This document shows, piece after piece, positions 51,658-64,000 of a stretch of DNA of 64,000 nt. Origin of the DNA: Tubiluchus corallicola (lineage: Eukaryota; Animalia; Priapulida). The translations under genes and the position numbers were made by a program. Location: NCBI GenBank assembly GCA_030141605.1, contig JAQGDQ010000438.1, positions 102,029 to 166,028 of the forward strand. The letters run 5' to 3'. The notes beneath the pieces were generated by a model. That model saw only the letters and a program-made list of their open reading frames with translations. It was not told the DNA's origin and searched no databases. Numbering within the stretch: the first letter of the stretch is position 1; every line of letters begins with the position of its first letter.

Positions 51658-52031
51658 TTAAACTGTAAAAAACGGAGGTCTGAGAGAGAACCCAATTTTA
51701 AAAAAAGAGTGGTTCCTTATTTGAGATAAGGGATATGACACCTGACTGAGGTTTTTTATTTGAAATAAAGGCTCCTAGTTTCAGACCCTTTATTTGTGTA
51801 ACAGGACGTCATTGTATTTTCCCATATCCGTCCTTTGATTCACATCCTCACATCCTGGAAATCAGGAACCATCCTCGAACCCGGACCGTGAGCGGTTCCT
51901 CAGTGCGCTTCCTGGCACCAACGACCGCACTTCATTAGTGAATTCTAGCCTGCTTGTATATATGCTTCACACTCATCTTATTCACGTTGTTACGTTTATC
52001 ATAAGATGTTTCTTTAGAACCATACTGGCTA

Positions 52032-52486
52032 CCGTATTTTCCCGTGTATAAGAGACCCTTGTGTATAAGAGACCCCTTCAATTTTTAGGCAAAAATTCTG
52101 GAAAAAAGTTTTTTCAGACGGACATTTTTAGAGGGTAGAGTACAACTTTTTTCAACTCAGTGCGGTACTGAAAACAAAATAAAACCAGTTAATGTGTTGT
52201 AGAAAAAGAGTACTGGTATATATTAAAGTGCGTACCTGCAAACCTGTAACAGGAAAAGAGAAAACGAGGAGATGATGCCTGTGTCACGATGCTTGTATTG
52301 CTTACAACCGCTTCATAGTCGAACGCGACACGCAAAACAGTTGTAGAGCACTTATTTCTTTAAAATCATTAGTGTCACAATTTATGCATCTTATTGAAAA
52401 GACTTACTCCCATGTATAAGAGACCCCCTATTTTTAAAGTGAAAATTCTGAGCAAAAAAGGGTCTCTTATACACGGGAAAATACGG
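52032..52486. mobile_element. pogo/Tigger-like MITE
   Basis: TA|CCGTATTTTCCCGTGTATAAGAGACCCTT perfect TIR; internal gtataagagaccc subrepeats; TA TSD. Confidence 0.92.
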
Positions 52487-53073
52487 TAGTTTGGGGTTGA
52501 TGCTAATCGTTGTTACATTTCATAATGGCTCCTAGTATTGACGTCCTTGGTTTGAGATATGGGCCCACACGTATTTAAATGTCGCTAAAATTCATCACAA
52601 GGAAAGATATCCAAGATGGCTGCAGGGGAGTTAGAGGGTGAGGCTCCATCTGAGGGGACCGCATAATTTCATTTGCCTAAAAGGTCGTAATCCGGCCCTG
52701 CATAAGGTGAAAACTTTGTGAAATTATAACATGACAATATGTTCAATATCCACCGACCTTTAATAAAACACAAGCGTTTCGCCATTTCGCGTAGTGTTTC
52801 GCTTGTGGTGTTGCATCACCAATGATAGGGTCTTAATAAGTGGCCAAGATAGTAGTGAAAATCCGTTATTAATATTTCTTAGTATTTTTAATTTATATAG
52901 AGACCTAATTTGCAGGCAATAAGTTGATTTTTTGTACAATCGTGATTCTAGTACTCAACGGCCTGCTTACTAACCGTGGAATTATTAAGAGCTTAAACTG
53001 TGCTTTAGCTTCAATACGCAAAACATGTTCAAAGTTATAGTTAATGTCCGTTTTATATATTTTATTAAAGTCA

Positions 53074-53618
53074 TTGTTGGCATCCTTCTGTCTCGGAAGA
53101 CAATGGAGTGTGCGCCAAGAGAGTCAGTTACTGATCATGTTGATGGAGCTGCAGCGTTGACTGTGGCTGAGCAGTGCGATCCATGAACGTCTCCAGTGCG
53201 CACGCCTGGGCAAGGTGTATGGAGATCCTGAGTTGCCCAGACACAGGAACCCCCTCTCTTCCTCCCTGGTGTAGTGCAAAGGAAAGCGGAGCGATACATT
53301 TGGCACCAGGTTGGCTGCAGGAGCTGCCTGAGTCAGTGAGCATGCTGCACTGGTCCGCCTTCGGGGCTCCACTCCTGATTTGGAAGGTTTACTCCTCTAA
53401 ACATGGCCGTTGGGTCACTTGACCTCCTCCGCCCTCTAGCCGTTGGCTGCCTTGTGCAGCTCCTCCACTTAATGTCGAGATACAGTGAGGGCATCCCGCA
53501 AGCCTACAGGACCTGGTATTCCTAGGCGGTCACCCATCCAAGTACTAACCAGGCTCTACGTTGCTTAACTTCGGTGATCAGACGAGAACCGGTGTTTTCA
53601 ACGTGATTTGGCCGTTGT
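53074..53618 (-). mobile_element. 5S/RTE SINE, full-length copy
   Basis: Near-complete 5S head at ~53500-53618, body, and RTE-like tail; WIALLSHSQRCSS peptide remnant. Confidence 0.9.
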
Positions 53619-54251
53619 TAGACCATATTGTTACGTATCTGTAAACTTCCGCTTTTGAAGTTGGCTTACACTCTAAATCTGCTAAGATTGTAAGCGGGGA
53701 GTTTGCGGGCACCAAGGGTAGAGAGAACAGATATTGCAAGCAGCATGAACACTGTCCATGAGTAGAAGTGACTGTTGAACATTTTACAACGTAGAAATAT
53801 CGGTACCAGGAAGCCATTTATAATTATTTTAGACGGAAACTCGTTAACGTGAAGCACTTATTCCCTGAGAAACAGAGAAATCTCACACACCAACATGGTC
53901 AATACGTCAATATTGTTTCACAAAGTGTTCTCTTTGATTTTCACTTGAACTTGATTAAAAGAGTAAGTGCCAAGATAGGGTGTGCCAACAATCTTTTCAA
54001 GCAGAACATTCTCCGCTCTTTATGATTCACAGCTTCCTCACATTCGAGGTATCCTTGGAGAACACGCTCTCCTTATGAGCTTTAAAAATACGAATTTTTT
54101 GAAAGCACGAATGCAACAAATGCAGTAGCATAATTAATTTCTTCAGAACTGATACGTTTTTGCCATACTGTGCATCATTTCAGGTATGTGGAGTACGTCA
54201 AGGAGCCGTAATGTCTCCATCATTACTTAGTATATACATGACAACTATTAA

Positions 54252-54695
54252 CCCTTTCATACCCGTTGTATCCCGTGGGATACGAGAATATTTTTTGACT
54301 TTAAAATTAATAAAATTTTAAAACTGACAGTTATTTGATCTGTTAATAGTTATTTTGATTTAAGCCAATAACAAAAGACTAAAAATGGTGATAAAATGGC
54401 AAACTACAAAATCTACATAGCATAAAAAACTGCGCAAGGTACAGTACTTTAGAGACGACTTTGTACAGATCAGCATAGCATGCGTACTAAATGTCTTAAA
54501 TACTTTAAAAAATTATCAGCAGTTGCAAAATGAAGCGCATTTTATGCTTCCATTGAATCCCAATGTATCCCGTGGGATACAGGCTATATTTAGCACACGG
54601 GCACAGGTAGAAAAAAATAATTATGTGTAAACAAGATGGACATACCAAGCCAAAAATTTTTTTCTTATTAAAAAAATAATTTGGGACTGAAAGGA
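54252..54695 (+). mobile_element. piggyBac-like MITE
   Basis: TTAA|CCCTTTCATACCC ... GGGACTGAAAGGA|TTAA. Confidence 0.9.
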
Positions 54696-54789
54696 TTAAA
54701 GAATAATCAGGTGACCCGTTTTCTGTTTAAATTGGGCTTGTCCTAACACTGGGAAAAACCTGTTCCATCTTTTTCACGTGCCAGACAGG

Positions 54790-55181
54790 TTTTTCCCAAG
54801 GATCTACTTCCTGCCTACCCATTTTCCCAAGGATCTACTTTCTGCCTACCCATTTTCCCAAGAATCTACTTCCTGTCTACCCATTTTCCCAAGAATCTAC
54901 TTCCTGTCTACCCATTTTCTACTTCCTGCCTACCCATTTTCCCACGGATCTACTTTCTGCCTACCCATTTTCCCAAGAATCTACTTCCTGTCTACCCATT
55001 TTCCCAAGAATCTACTTCCTGTCTACCCATTTTCCCAAGGATCTACTTCCTGCCTACCCATTTTCCCAAGGATCTACTTCCTGCTTACCCATTTTCCCAA
55101 GGATCTACTTTCTGCCTACTCATTTTCCCAAGGATCTACTTCCTGCCTACCCATTTTCCGAAGGATCTACTTCCTGCCTAC
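54790..55181. repeat. 31-bp minisatellite, ~12 units
   Basis: Unit cccattttcccaaggatctacttcctgccta. Confidence 0.93.
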
Positions 55182-55606
55182 ACTCTTATACTTCCATATG
55201 CATTTAGATAATTACCTTTTTAATGAAGAGATAACAGTAGTGATTCACTTGGCTTTAAAGTTATTCATTACAATTAAACTACAGAAGTTTGAGTTACTAC
55301 TCTACATGGAATACTTCTTAACTAGCTTTAAGTAGAATAATATATAACTGCCCAATCGGAAAGATGTTTTCGACACCTTGACTGGGCACACCTGCAAATA
55401 GAGCACCTAGTGCTTCTCAGACTTAGTTTTAGTCATTTTATTTCACACGTCTAACCTCACAAACAAACATGTGAAGTATTCGGTAGCGTCTTAATTGACT
55501 GTAAATTCAAATGAAATGTAAAAAAGTCGATATAGCTTATAGGTTCTAAAAATTCTGAGTTTGTTAAATGGCGAAGGGATGATAATCATCATTATCATCA
55601 TCATCA

Positions 55607-55645
<39 letters not shown>

Positions 55646-57220
55646 TAATCGGTGACATAAGCTCTTGCAGATTGTAGTTGTGTTTTTAAAATCGATGTAA
55701 AATAAATATTCATCTTATCATCGTCATCATCATCATCACCACCACCATCACCATCATCACTTCCATTATCATCATCATGCAAATTAAAGTTGAAAAACCG
55801 TGTCGTCTGAGTTATTTCAAATATTTCACTCAATTGCCCTTTATTTATTCACAACTGTCCGGTCATTTTATCTGGTCATCATATGTCATTCGATTGCACA
55901 CATACATCATTCATTATTAATCAATTAAAGGAGAAGGTGCTGAAAAATTGCGACACATACAGTTCTTAAACTCAGAAGCTAGAAAATGCTCAACTTTTCG
56001 TCTTAAAGATTGTCTTTCGTATGATGTTGGCATTGGAATTTTAATTGAAAGTTAAATTTCATTTAAAACACATAAATAGCGGATTTAGCGTTCGCAACGA
56101 GGAACTCAAATGTTCATTCGAATTGAAAATAAACCTTTTCACAGTTTCGGTGAGCGCACGTGCAGTGCTGTAGGTCAAATGTTAAGTGTACCACAGCAAC
56201 GCGTCTTAGCTGCAAGCGTCACGTGACATGTGAGCAAAGCAAAGTATCAGTTCAGTAGCTTCAGTTGTTTTACGTGGACTTTACTTAGTTATGCATTAGC
56301 CTGTGTAGAATCTTGCTTGGGAACAAGAAAAAATGACCTAGGTAAGGTCCCTTTTTTTAAATTACTATTACTATAGCATGGATTGTCAAGTCAACACAAA
56401 TGTGCTGTCTGGTACCCCAACCTTTGACCTTCTTACGATCATCATCAATCACTGGAACTGTGAAAAGGTTGAAAATAATGTCGAGCTAGCGAAGAAGCCT
56501 GCTGTTGCAACTCACTAAAATTACTCGACAATTAATAACATGAATTCATTACAATAGCAGCTCCATCGACACAACTAATGCACACGTAAACGGTTCAATA
56601 ATTTACATTTGAAAATTGTTCATGCCTTAATTAATTCGGCATTTTTGGGTAAACAGAAATTTTTCTGCCTCCTAAAGACATCGATTTTTCATTCTCCCCG
56701 CGTTTCGTTTTCAACAGATTCTCGCGAACACAACGCAAAGCACAACGGTAATTTGCAAAGCAGCAGAGGATCATTTTTTACCTCTGTTTCAGCATTTCAA
56801 CAGCGTCCGACAATATTTTTGTGTGCTCTTCCTGTTTCTCTGCCATTTGACAAATTGCTGATACTCTGTCTTTTCTTCTATGATAAATTATGCACTTTTC
56901 TGTGTACAATTTGAACGGATGCATTAATAAAAAACACTGACATCTATTCCCTGCCGTGTCATATTCATAATTTTAAGTGCATGCTAAAGAACCTCTGTGA
57001 GTCGTGTGGTTTCTTAAAAGCCTCGTAAACCTTCAAATGTGAACCACATGCTTTTGCAAAGTGGAAAAATCCATTCCAGGTCTAACCACATGGGATGTTA
57101 ACTGGGTACAGGCGAAATTTCATAAACTGAGTAAAATTACGTTGATTTTAAGTGGCGGAACCAAAATAATCACTGCCAGTGTCACGAAGTGAAGGAATTT
57201 GCTGTTCTGAGTGCAACCTT

Positions 57221-57667
57221 AGTTTAAACATAATTTGTGATCAGACAGTTTGAACAACATGATTTAAGATCCTCACCACAACAGACTTTATACACTCTTT
57301 ACAAAAACATTTACAGTAAGAATAGACTATAACTACACAAGCTGACAAGTTTTACTACAAGATTACATTAGACATTAGTAACATTTACAGTAAGAACAGA
57401 CTATAACTACACAAGCTGACAAGTTTTACTACAAAAATACATTAGACATTAGTAGAAAATGGCGGTTAGTAAATATTAATGTACGAATATTTAAGAATGA
57501 TGCATTTTATATCAGATAGAAACTACTGGAAGCGTTTAGTACATAATATAAAGTCATGTATGCATTGGAATATTTTACAGTTAGTAACATAGTTAAATTC
57601 ATCATTTCCGAATAATAACAACTTCAACAGATCATTAATTCCTAAGGCAGCTATATTAAGGGTTTCG
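57221..57667 (-). mobile_element. LINE 3' fragment (same family as 19898-20279) with an internal ~72-bp duplication
   Basis: 12-bp TSD gagtgcaacctt at 57209-57220 and 57668-57679. Confidence 0.88.
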
Positions 57668-57879
57668 GAGTGCAACCTTGTTTTCCAATCATTTTTGAAC
57701 AATAATAAAAATCCATTTCTACTCGTTTTAGTTGTTTCACTGACTATAAGAATGAAGAAGGTTTCTTCAAATCTGAACTTGCATTCCTAAAACTGCTCGT
57801 TCGTTATCATTATTCATCCATTACTATAAAGAAGTTATCACCAAAGTGCATTCGGCGGAACACTGAACTCTTTTGCCAA

Positions 57880-59325
57880 AATCAGCCTCAGAACTTCCGA
57901 ATTTCTCAACGTGAAACAGACTGCATTTCGCCATCTTGATTTTGAAGTGCTCCACGTGATCGTGACGTCATCGACATGAGTTGCCAAGAATTTTGTGGCG
58001 TTGAAAGCAAATTTGCTTAGCAAAGTTGACGTGAATAATCAGCAGGCGAAAATTCTCTCTTTATGTTCCTATGCTCCACATGATGCAGGGCAAGGGGTAT
58101 CTCAGGAACAGTCTATCGAAACCTGTACGTTTTTCCAGATATGAGTCGAGTAGGGTTTTGACACTGACATGCCTATATAACAATGTTGGTAACACGTTTC
58201 ACTTATACAACAGAACATAATTAAGAAATAAAATTTATATTAAACGGAATATTCAACCTGAAGTTTATAAGCAGTCGACATTTTATGGCACTAATATTCA
58301 GTGCCAGATTATGTGCAGGCCCCTAGGATTATGAAATTATGTAGCCCGCGCTACACAAACAAGGATCATTTAACTCAAATAAAAAGGCTTCAAACAGGAA
58401 CTCTTTATCTCAAATATTTTATATATAAACTTTACTTATTTTGAGTTGATTTACAACACAGTAGCATCTCAAATAATGATTTGCTAATCTCAAATAATGA
58501 GTCACAAATAGGGACTACTTTTTTAATTTTGGGTTTCAGAGTTTTGGGCTTAATTTTTTTAAAATTGAAATTTGATTTTAACTTAAATGAATTATTCACC
58601 AATGCAAAATATTAAAATATCACACTTATTTTTCAAAAAAAATTTGTTTTTGAAAATCTTTTAGTAGGGTCCCCCGAGAACCCCCGTAACTTGAGGGGTC
58701 CTAGGCTGTAGCCTATGGGGTAATCCAGCCCTGCTAACATTACTAATAATGTAACGGTGTGTATATACAACTGGGGGCTTGTTCGACAATGCACAAATTA
58801 GGTTCTTGTCGATTAGTAATTTTCTACTTGTTAAAAGAAAACAGGATCCCATCTTAAACTGCAGCTCAAAACAAGCTAATCTATAAAATATTGAATGGAA
58901 ACATGCCATTTCTTTCTTTCCCTTTAGATCTTGCAAAAATGATATTTCTTTCCGTTTAATATAGATTTTGTTTCTTAATTATGTTCTGTTGTATAAGTGA
59001 TACGTGTTACCAACATTGTTATATAGGCATGTCAGTGTCAAAACCCTACTCGACTCATATCTGCAAAAACGTACAGGTTTTGATAGGCTGCTCCTAAGAT
59101 AGCCCTTGCCCTGTATCGTGAAGAGCATAGGAACATAAAGAGAGAAATTTCGCCTGCTGATTATTCATGCAAACTTTTCTAAGCAAATCCGCTTTAAACG
59201 CCACAAAATTCTTGGCAACTCATGTCGATGACGTCACGATCACGATCACGTGGCGCACTTCAAAATCAAGATGGCGAAACGCAGTCTGTTTCACGTTGAG
59301 AAATTGGGAAGTTCTGTAGCTGATT
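57880..59325. mobile_element. Foldback-type element with ~370-bp inverted arms
   Basis: 57880-58250 is the approximate reverse complement of 58945-59325; no TSD identified. Confidence 0.8.
58299..58733. mobile_element. hAT-type MITE nested in the foldback spacer
   Basis: CAGTGCCAGATTA / TAATCCAGCCCTG termini; TSD ctaatatt/ctaacatt. Confidence 0.75.
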
Positions 59326-59639
59326 AACGATTGGTCAAGAAAAGCAGATTGACACGTTTCATAGAAGTCGCCTAAGGAAAGTTTTAAAGATAATGGCCGT
59401 TCATAATTAAAAATTTATGCACTAGAACGAAAGAAATTCCTTCGGGTTCAAACGTCAAGATCCGAAGGTGAAGATGGTTATGACATCTTCTGAGATTGCC
59501 AAATGAAACACCAGTAAGAATTGCCTTAAAGAAAGCAAAAAAACGGCATACAACGTGGATAGCTAAGATAAATAAAGATGTTCAGCAACTTCAACCAAAT
59601 GCCAAGACATGTGCACTTGAATAATACTGTGATACCGGT

Positions 59640-60060
59640 TGTACTCAAGTTTAAATACTATGCGCATTAATACTTTAAGAGTGAAGTTTAGTAATTATTC
59701 TGCTAATGTTAAATCCTTTCTCTTCGAAAGTTACAGTTGTACCTTCTACTGTTGTTCACTGTGGGGTAATTTTGACAAATGTTCCAGAGAAACCCAGGAT
59801 GTGTCATATAACAATAGTATAAGGAAACTTTTTAAACTTAAATGTGATTGCAGTGCATGTCAGATGTGTGTAGATTTATCTCTTCCACATTTCATGTACG
59901 ACGTGAGTGTTATTATAGTCTGTTTACTAGAATTAGGTAATCTGGCAAATGTGCCGATAGCAAATGTTGCAAAAGATCCTGATGTGAGATATACTTCAAC
60001 ATTTTTCAGTTTCTGGGTAGCTGTTAATATTTATTGTTGCGTGTAATTAGTAGAGTTCGT
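59640..60060 (+). mobile_element. Degenerate LINE ORF2 C-terminal fragment related to 40882-41584
   Basis: KFSNYSANVKSFLFESYSCTFYCCSLW...VSYNNSIRKLF parallels KFTHLSVNVKRQLFNTYCTTFYCMSTW...VAY...RKLF. Confidence 0.7.
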
Positions 60061-60071
60061 AAAAAAATTTT

Positions 60072-60456
60072 ATAGTGTAGTGTAGTGTAGTGTAGTGTAG
60101 TGTAGTGTAGTGTAGTGTAGTGTAGTGTAGTGCAGTGTAGTGTAGTGTAGTGTAGTGTAGTGTAGTGTAGTGCAGTGTAGTGTAGTGTAGTGTAGTGCAG
60201 TGCAGTGTAGTGTAGTGTAGTGCAGTGCAGTGCAGTGCAGTGCAGTACATTACAGTACAGTACAGTACAGTACAGTACAGTACAGTACAGTACAGTACAG
60301 TACAGTACAGTACAGTACAGTACAGTACAGTACAGTACAGTACAGTACAGCACAGCACAGCACAGCACAGCACAGCATAGCATAGCATAGCATAGCATAG
60401 CATAGCATAGCATAGCATAGCATAGCATAGCATACCATAGCATAGCATAGTATAGT
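60072..60456. repeat. Compound pentanucleotide microsatellite
   Basis: Consecutive TAGTG, CAGTG, CAGTA, CAGCA, TAGCA blocks. Confidence 0.97.
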
Positions 60457-61339
60457 AATTTAATGCTTTTTGGCCAATAAGACCAATCAAATCACAAGCA
60501 TCCATACAACAAAATTTTACATACAAATGCAAACAAACTTAGCTTCAGGCCTACAGCACTTTGAACAGAGAAATCGTGAGATTGCATCATACAAGTTAGT
60601 TTGTCATCAATATTTACAAAGTAAAAGTCTGGAATAGAACCCGTGATTGTATTTACAAGGAAGTTACGGACGATGTTATGTTTAGAGCTAAATAGAAGAA
60701 AATGACATTCGCCACCGTGCAAACGTTGGGAATCGCTCAGTCCCGGTTCTTCCTCACTTGGCGAGCGATGGTGCTCCTATAGGGGATTTTATTTCTGGGA
60801 TAGACAGCCTCTGTTTCTCATTGATTAGTATTCAGTATTATTAATTCAGGAAAAACATGCAGCTCACATTGCTCTAGGCATATTGGGCAGTGGTTGCTAT
60901 CAAACTATGCAATTTTTTCAAGCAATTCTATGGGGGGGCTTCATACGCCTTAAAATTGCCTGTAACAAGCTGCTGTTTTCTCTGTAACAAGGTACTGACG
61001 CTCATTTAAGCTGGCTAATTAAGTTTCATTCTGTGGGGACTATTTTAACACAGCAGTTAATTGAAATGCATCATGTTTTTAAAACTATACTGTATAATCA
61101 AACAGCAATTAACTACAGCGTTCTCCCCGGGAACTGAACATTAATTGCTTATTAATGAGCTACAAAGTTATTTTAAACGATCGTAAACTTAATTACAAGC
61201 AGTTTGATCGTCATTACGCCTACAGAAAGACAAAGCAGGCTAATAAAGTAAGAAAATTTAAATGCTGAATTTAATTTATTTCAAAAAAATGATCTGATTC
61301 TTAATGCAGATCAATAAAAAATAAAATACATCGCGGTAA

Positions 61340-61650
61340 AATGAATGAATAAATGAATGGGTGAATGAATGAACGAACGAACGAACAAACGGAACAATGA
61401 ATAAGCAAAATAAATGGGTGAGTGTATGAACGAACGAACGAACAAACGAATGAATGAATAAATAACTAAATGGGTGAGTGAATGACTGAACGAACGAAAG
61501 AACGAACGTACAAACGAATGAATAAATAAATAAACGAATTGGTGAGTGAAAGAATGAACGAACGACCGAACGAATGAATAAATAAGTAAATGAATAAGTA
61601 AATGAATGAGTGAATGAATGAATAAACATATATGAAACAAAGAACGAACA
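61340..61650. repeat. Degenerate (GAAT/GAAC)n microsatellite
   Basis: Visible imperfect run. Confidence 0.9.
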
Positions 61651-61893
61651 AAAACTCAAGAAATTAGCAAGCAGTTAAATTATTACGTGAGCAAAACGGC
61701 GAGTTATCATGTACATAAATAATTAAACAAATAAATTATTAAATAAATAAATTGAGAAATAAACCAATGAACAAACACTAAACAAATGAGGCGAAAGACT
61801 AATCTAGTCTGCTGATAGAAGTGAAAAAATAAAAGTCCATGTTTGCTGCTACCTGGTTGTTGTTTCTAATGTTGTTAATGTTGTTGCTGCCAC

Positions 61894-62676
<783 letters not shown>

Positions 62677-63289
62677 TTGTGGTGGAGGTCGTGGTGCTTT
62701 CTGCTTGTGTTGTTTCGTTCACGTGCATTGCTGTAACAGTCGTTTGTAAAATCATTCCAAAAAAGTTATTGACTTTTCACGTTTCAAGTTATATGACCAG
62801 CCTGGTGGGCTTAGAAAACTTCAACGCTTTCAGAGACGATTTAAAAACAGCATTAGAAGTTCGTAAACTGCTCCAAACAGATTTACTGCGTCGCTGCAAA
62901 TTTCCAAGGCAGCTTTATTTCATTTTACAACCCCAAGAAGCTGTTACTGTGTGAAGCCAGTTGATATCAAAAGTGAAGTTTATAAAGCGAGTCAGACTTA
63001 GACAGGTTTGACTGTAAATCTGTTGTGAGAATCGTTTGCTAAGTTGTGTCGTCTTCGTGACGTCACTCCGCCATATGTGACTGCAGAATCTTATTAATCA
63101 ACTCACATAAATGCTATTTTGCTTTTATATTTGTTTGTGCGTTATTCTTGATCTTATAAACTGTTGGGTTGTTTTAATTACCTTCTTGAAAGATGATGCT
63201 TCTTTTTTTACAACAGATAGATATAATTTATAAACGTAAACAGATTGTGGCTGTTATAGGTCTTCCTTTATTGTTTGTTTTTCGTGCTT

Positions 63290-63466
63290 AGGTAGATTAG
63301 GTAAGTAGGTAGGTTTGATAGGTAGGTAAGTAGCTAGGTAGTAGTTAGGCACATAGCTAGGTACGTTGACTGGTAGGTAGGTAGATTGGTAGGTAGGTAT
63401 TGTTAGGTATGTAGGTACATGGGTAAATGTGGGTAGCAATATGGATAGGGAGGGAGGGAAAAAAGA

Positions 63467-63521
<55 letters not shown>

Positions 63522-63564
63522 AGCGAGAGAGAGGGGGAGGGCGAGAGGGAGGGAGGGAGAGAGA

Positions 63565-63615
<51 letters not shown>

Positions 63616-63616
63616 C

Positions 63617-63651
<35 letters not shown>

Positions 63652-63690
63652 GAGAGAAAGAGAGAGAGAGAGAGACAGAGACAGAGAGAC
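63290..63690. repeat. (GTAG)n and (AG)n microsatellites
   Basis: Visible runs at 63290-63420 and 63470-63690. Confidence 0.92.
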
Positions 63691-64000
63691 GTAGATGATA
63701 AGATGCAGAAAGTTTGCTACGTGTCATTATACCCATTACACCCCCGTACTTGCAAAAACTCACACTTATATGTTCATAATAAATTAAAATCTCTGAGGCG
63801 CGTAACAGCGAAATGATTTTTAATTTATAGCGGATAATTACATTAATTAAATTTACCTCATATGATGATGCACTTTTAAGCACCTGCCAATTAAAAGTCG
63901 TTTTCGTAACGGCAGCAGTAACAGTAGCGGGAGCAACAACAACGAAATGAAGAGTAATGTTACCGTCATCGTTAGTCTTGCCATCACCACCACCATTATC

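Larger units (their letters stand above)
51109..52700. mobile_element. Old hAT-like element hosting piggyBac and pogo MITEs
   Basis: CAGGG...CCCTG termini with 8-bp TSD cacaaggt/cataaggt; left TIR diverged. Confidence 0.6.

Overview
AT-rich, repeat-dense invertebrate (probably ecdysozoan/arthropod-like) nuclear DNA. The only supportable gene is a minus-strand class B (secretin-family) GPCR that I read as a pigment-dispersing factor receptor (Pdfr). Seven GT-AG exons (15874 to 1012) splice in frame into 314 aa, covering the six-Cys hormone-binding ectodomain through the start of TM5. The 3' exons lie left of the window and the first exon was not identified with confidence. The rest is intronic or upstream DNA filled with microsatellites, minisatellite arrays (56, 48, 14-15, ~30, 55, 39, 51, 31 bp units), DNA-transposon MITEs (hAT, piggyBac, Kolobok, Tc1/mariner, pogo, Harbinger-like) and non-LTR retroelement remnants. 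The most notable observations are: a four-copy SINE with a 5S rRNA head and an RTE-like 5'UTR+3'end body; a 3-kb satellite built from a MITE end/flank junction; repeated retro-insertions into one end of a Kolobok-like MITE; a hAT MITE hit in both TIRs; a hammerhead-like motif in an inverted repeat; and a stepwise-mutating pentamer microsatellite. I saw no evidence of a wholly new multi-gene system. Family assignments come from motif recognition, not database searches.
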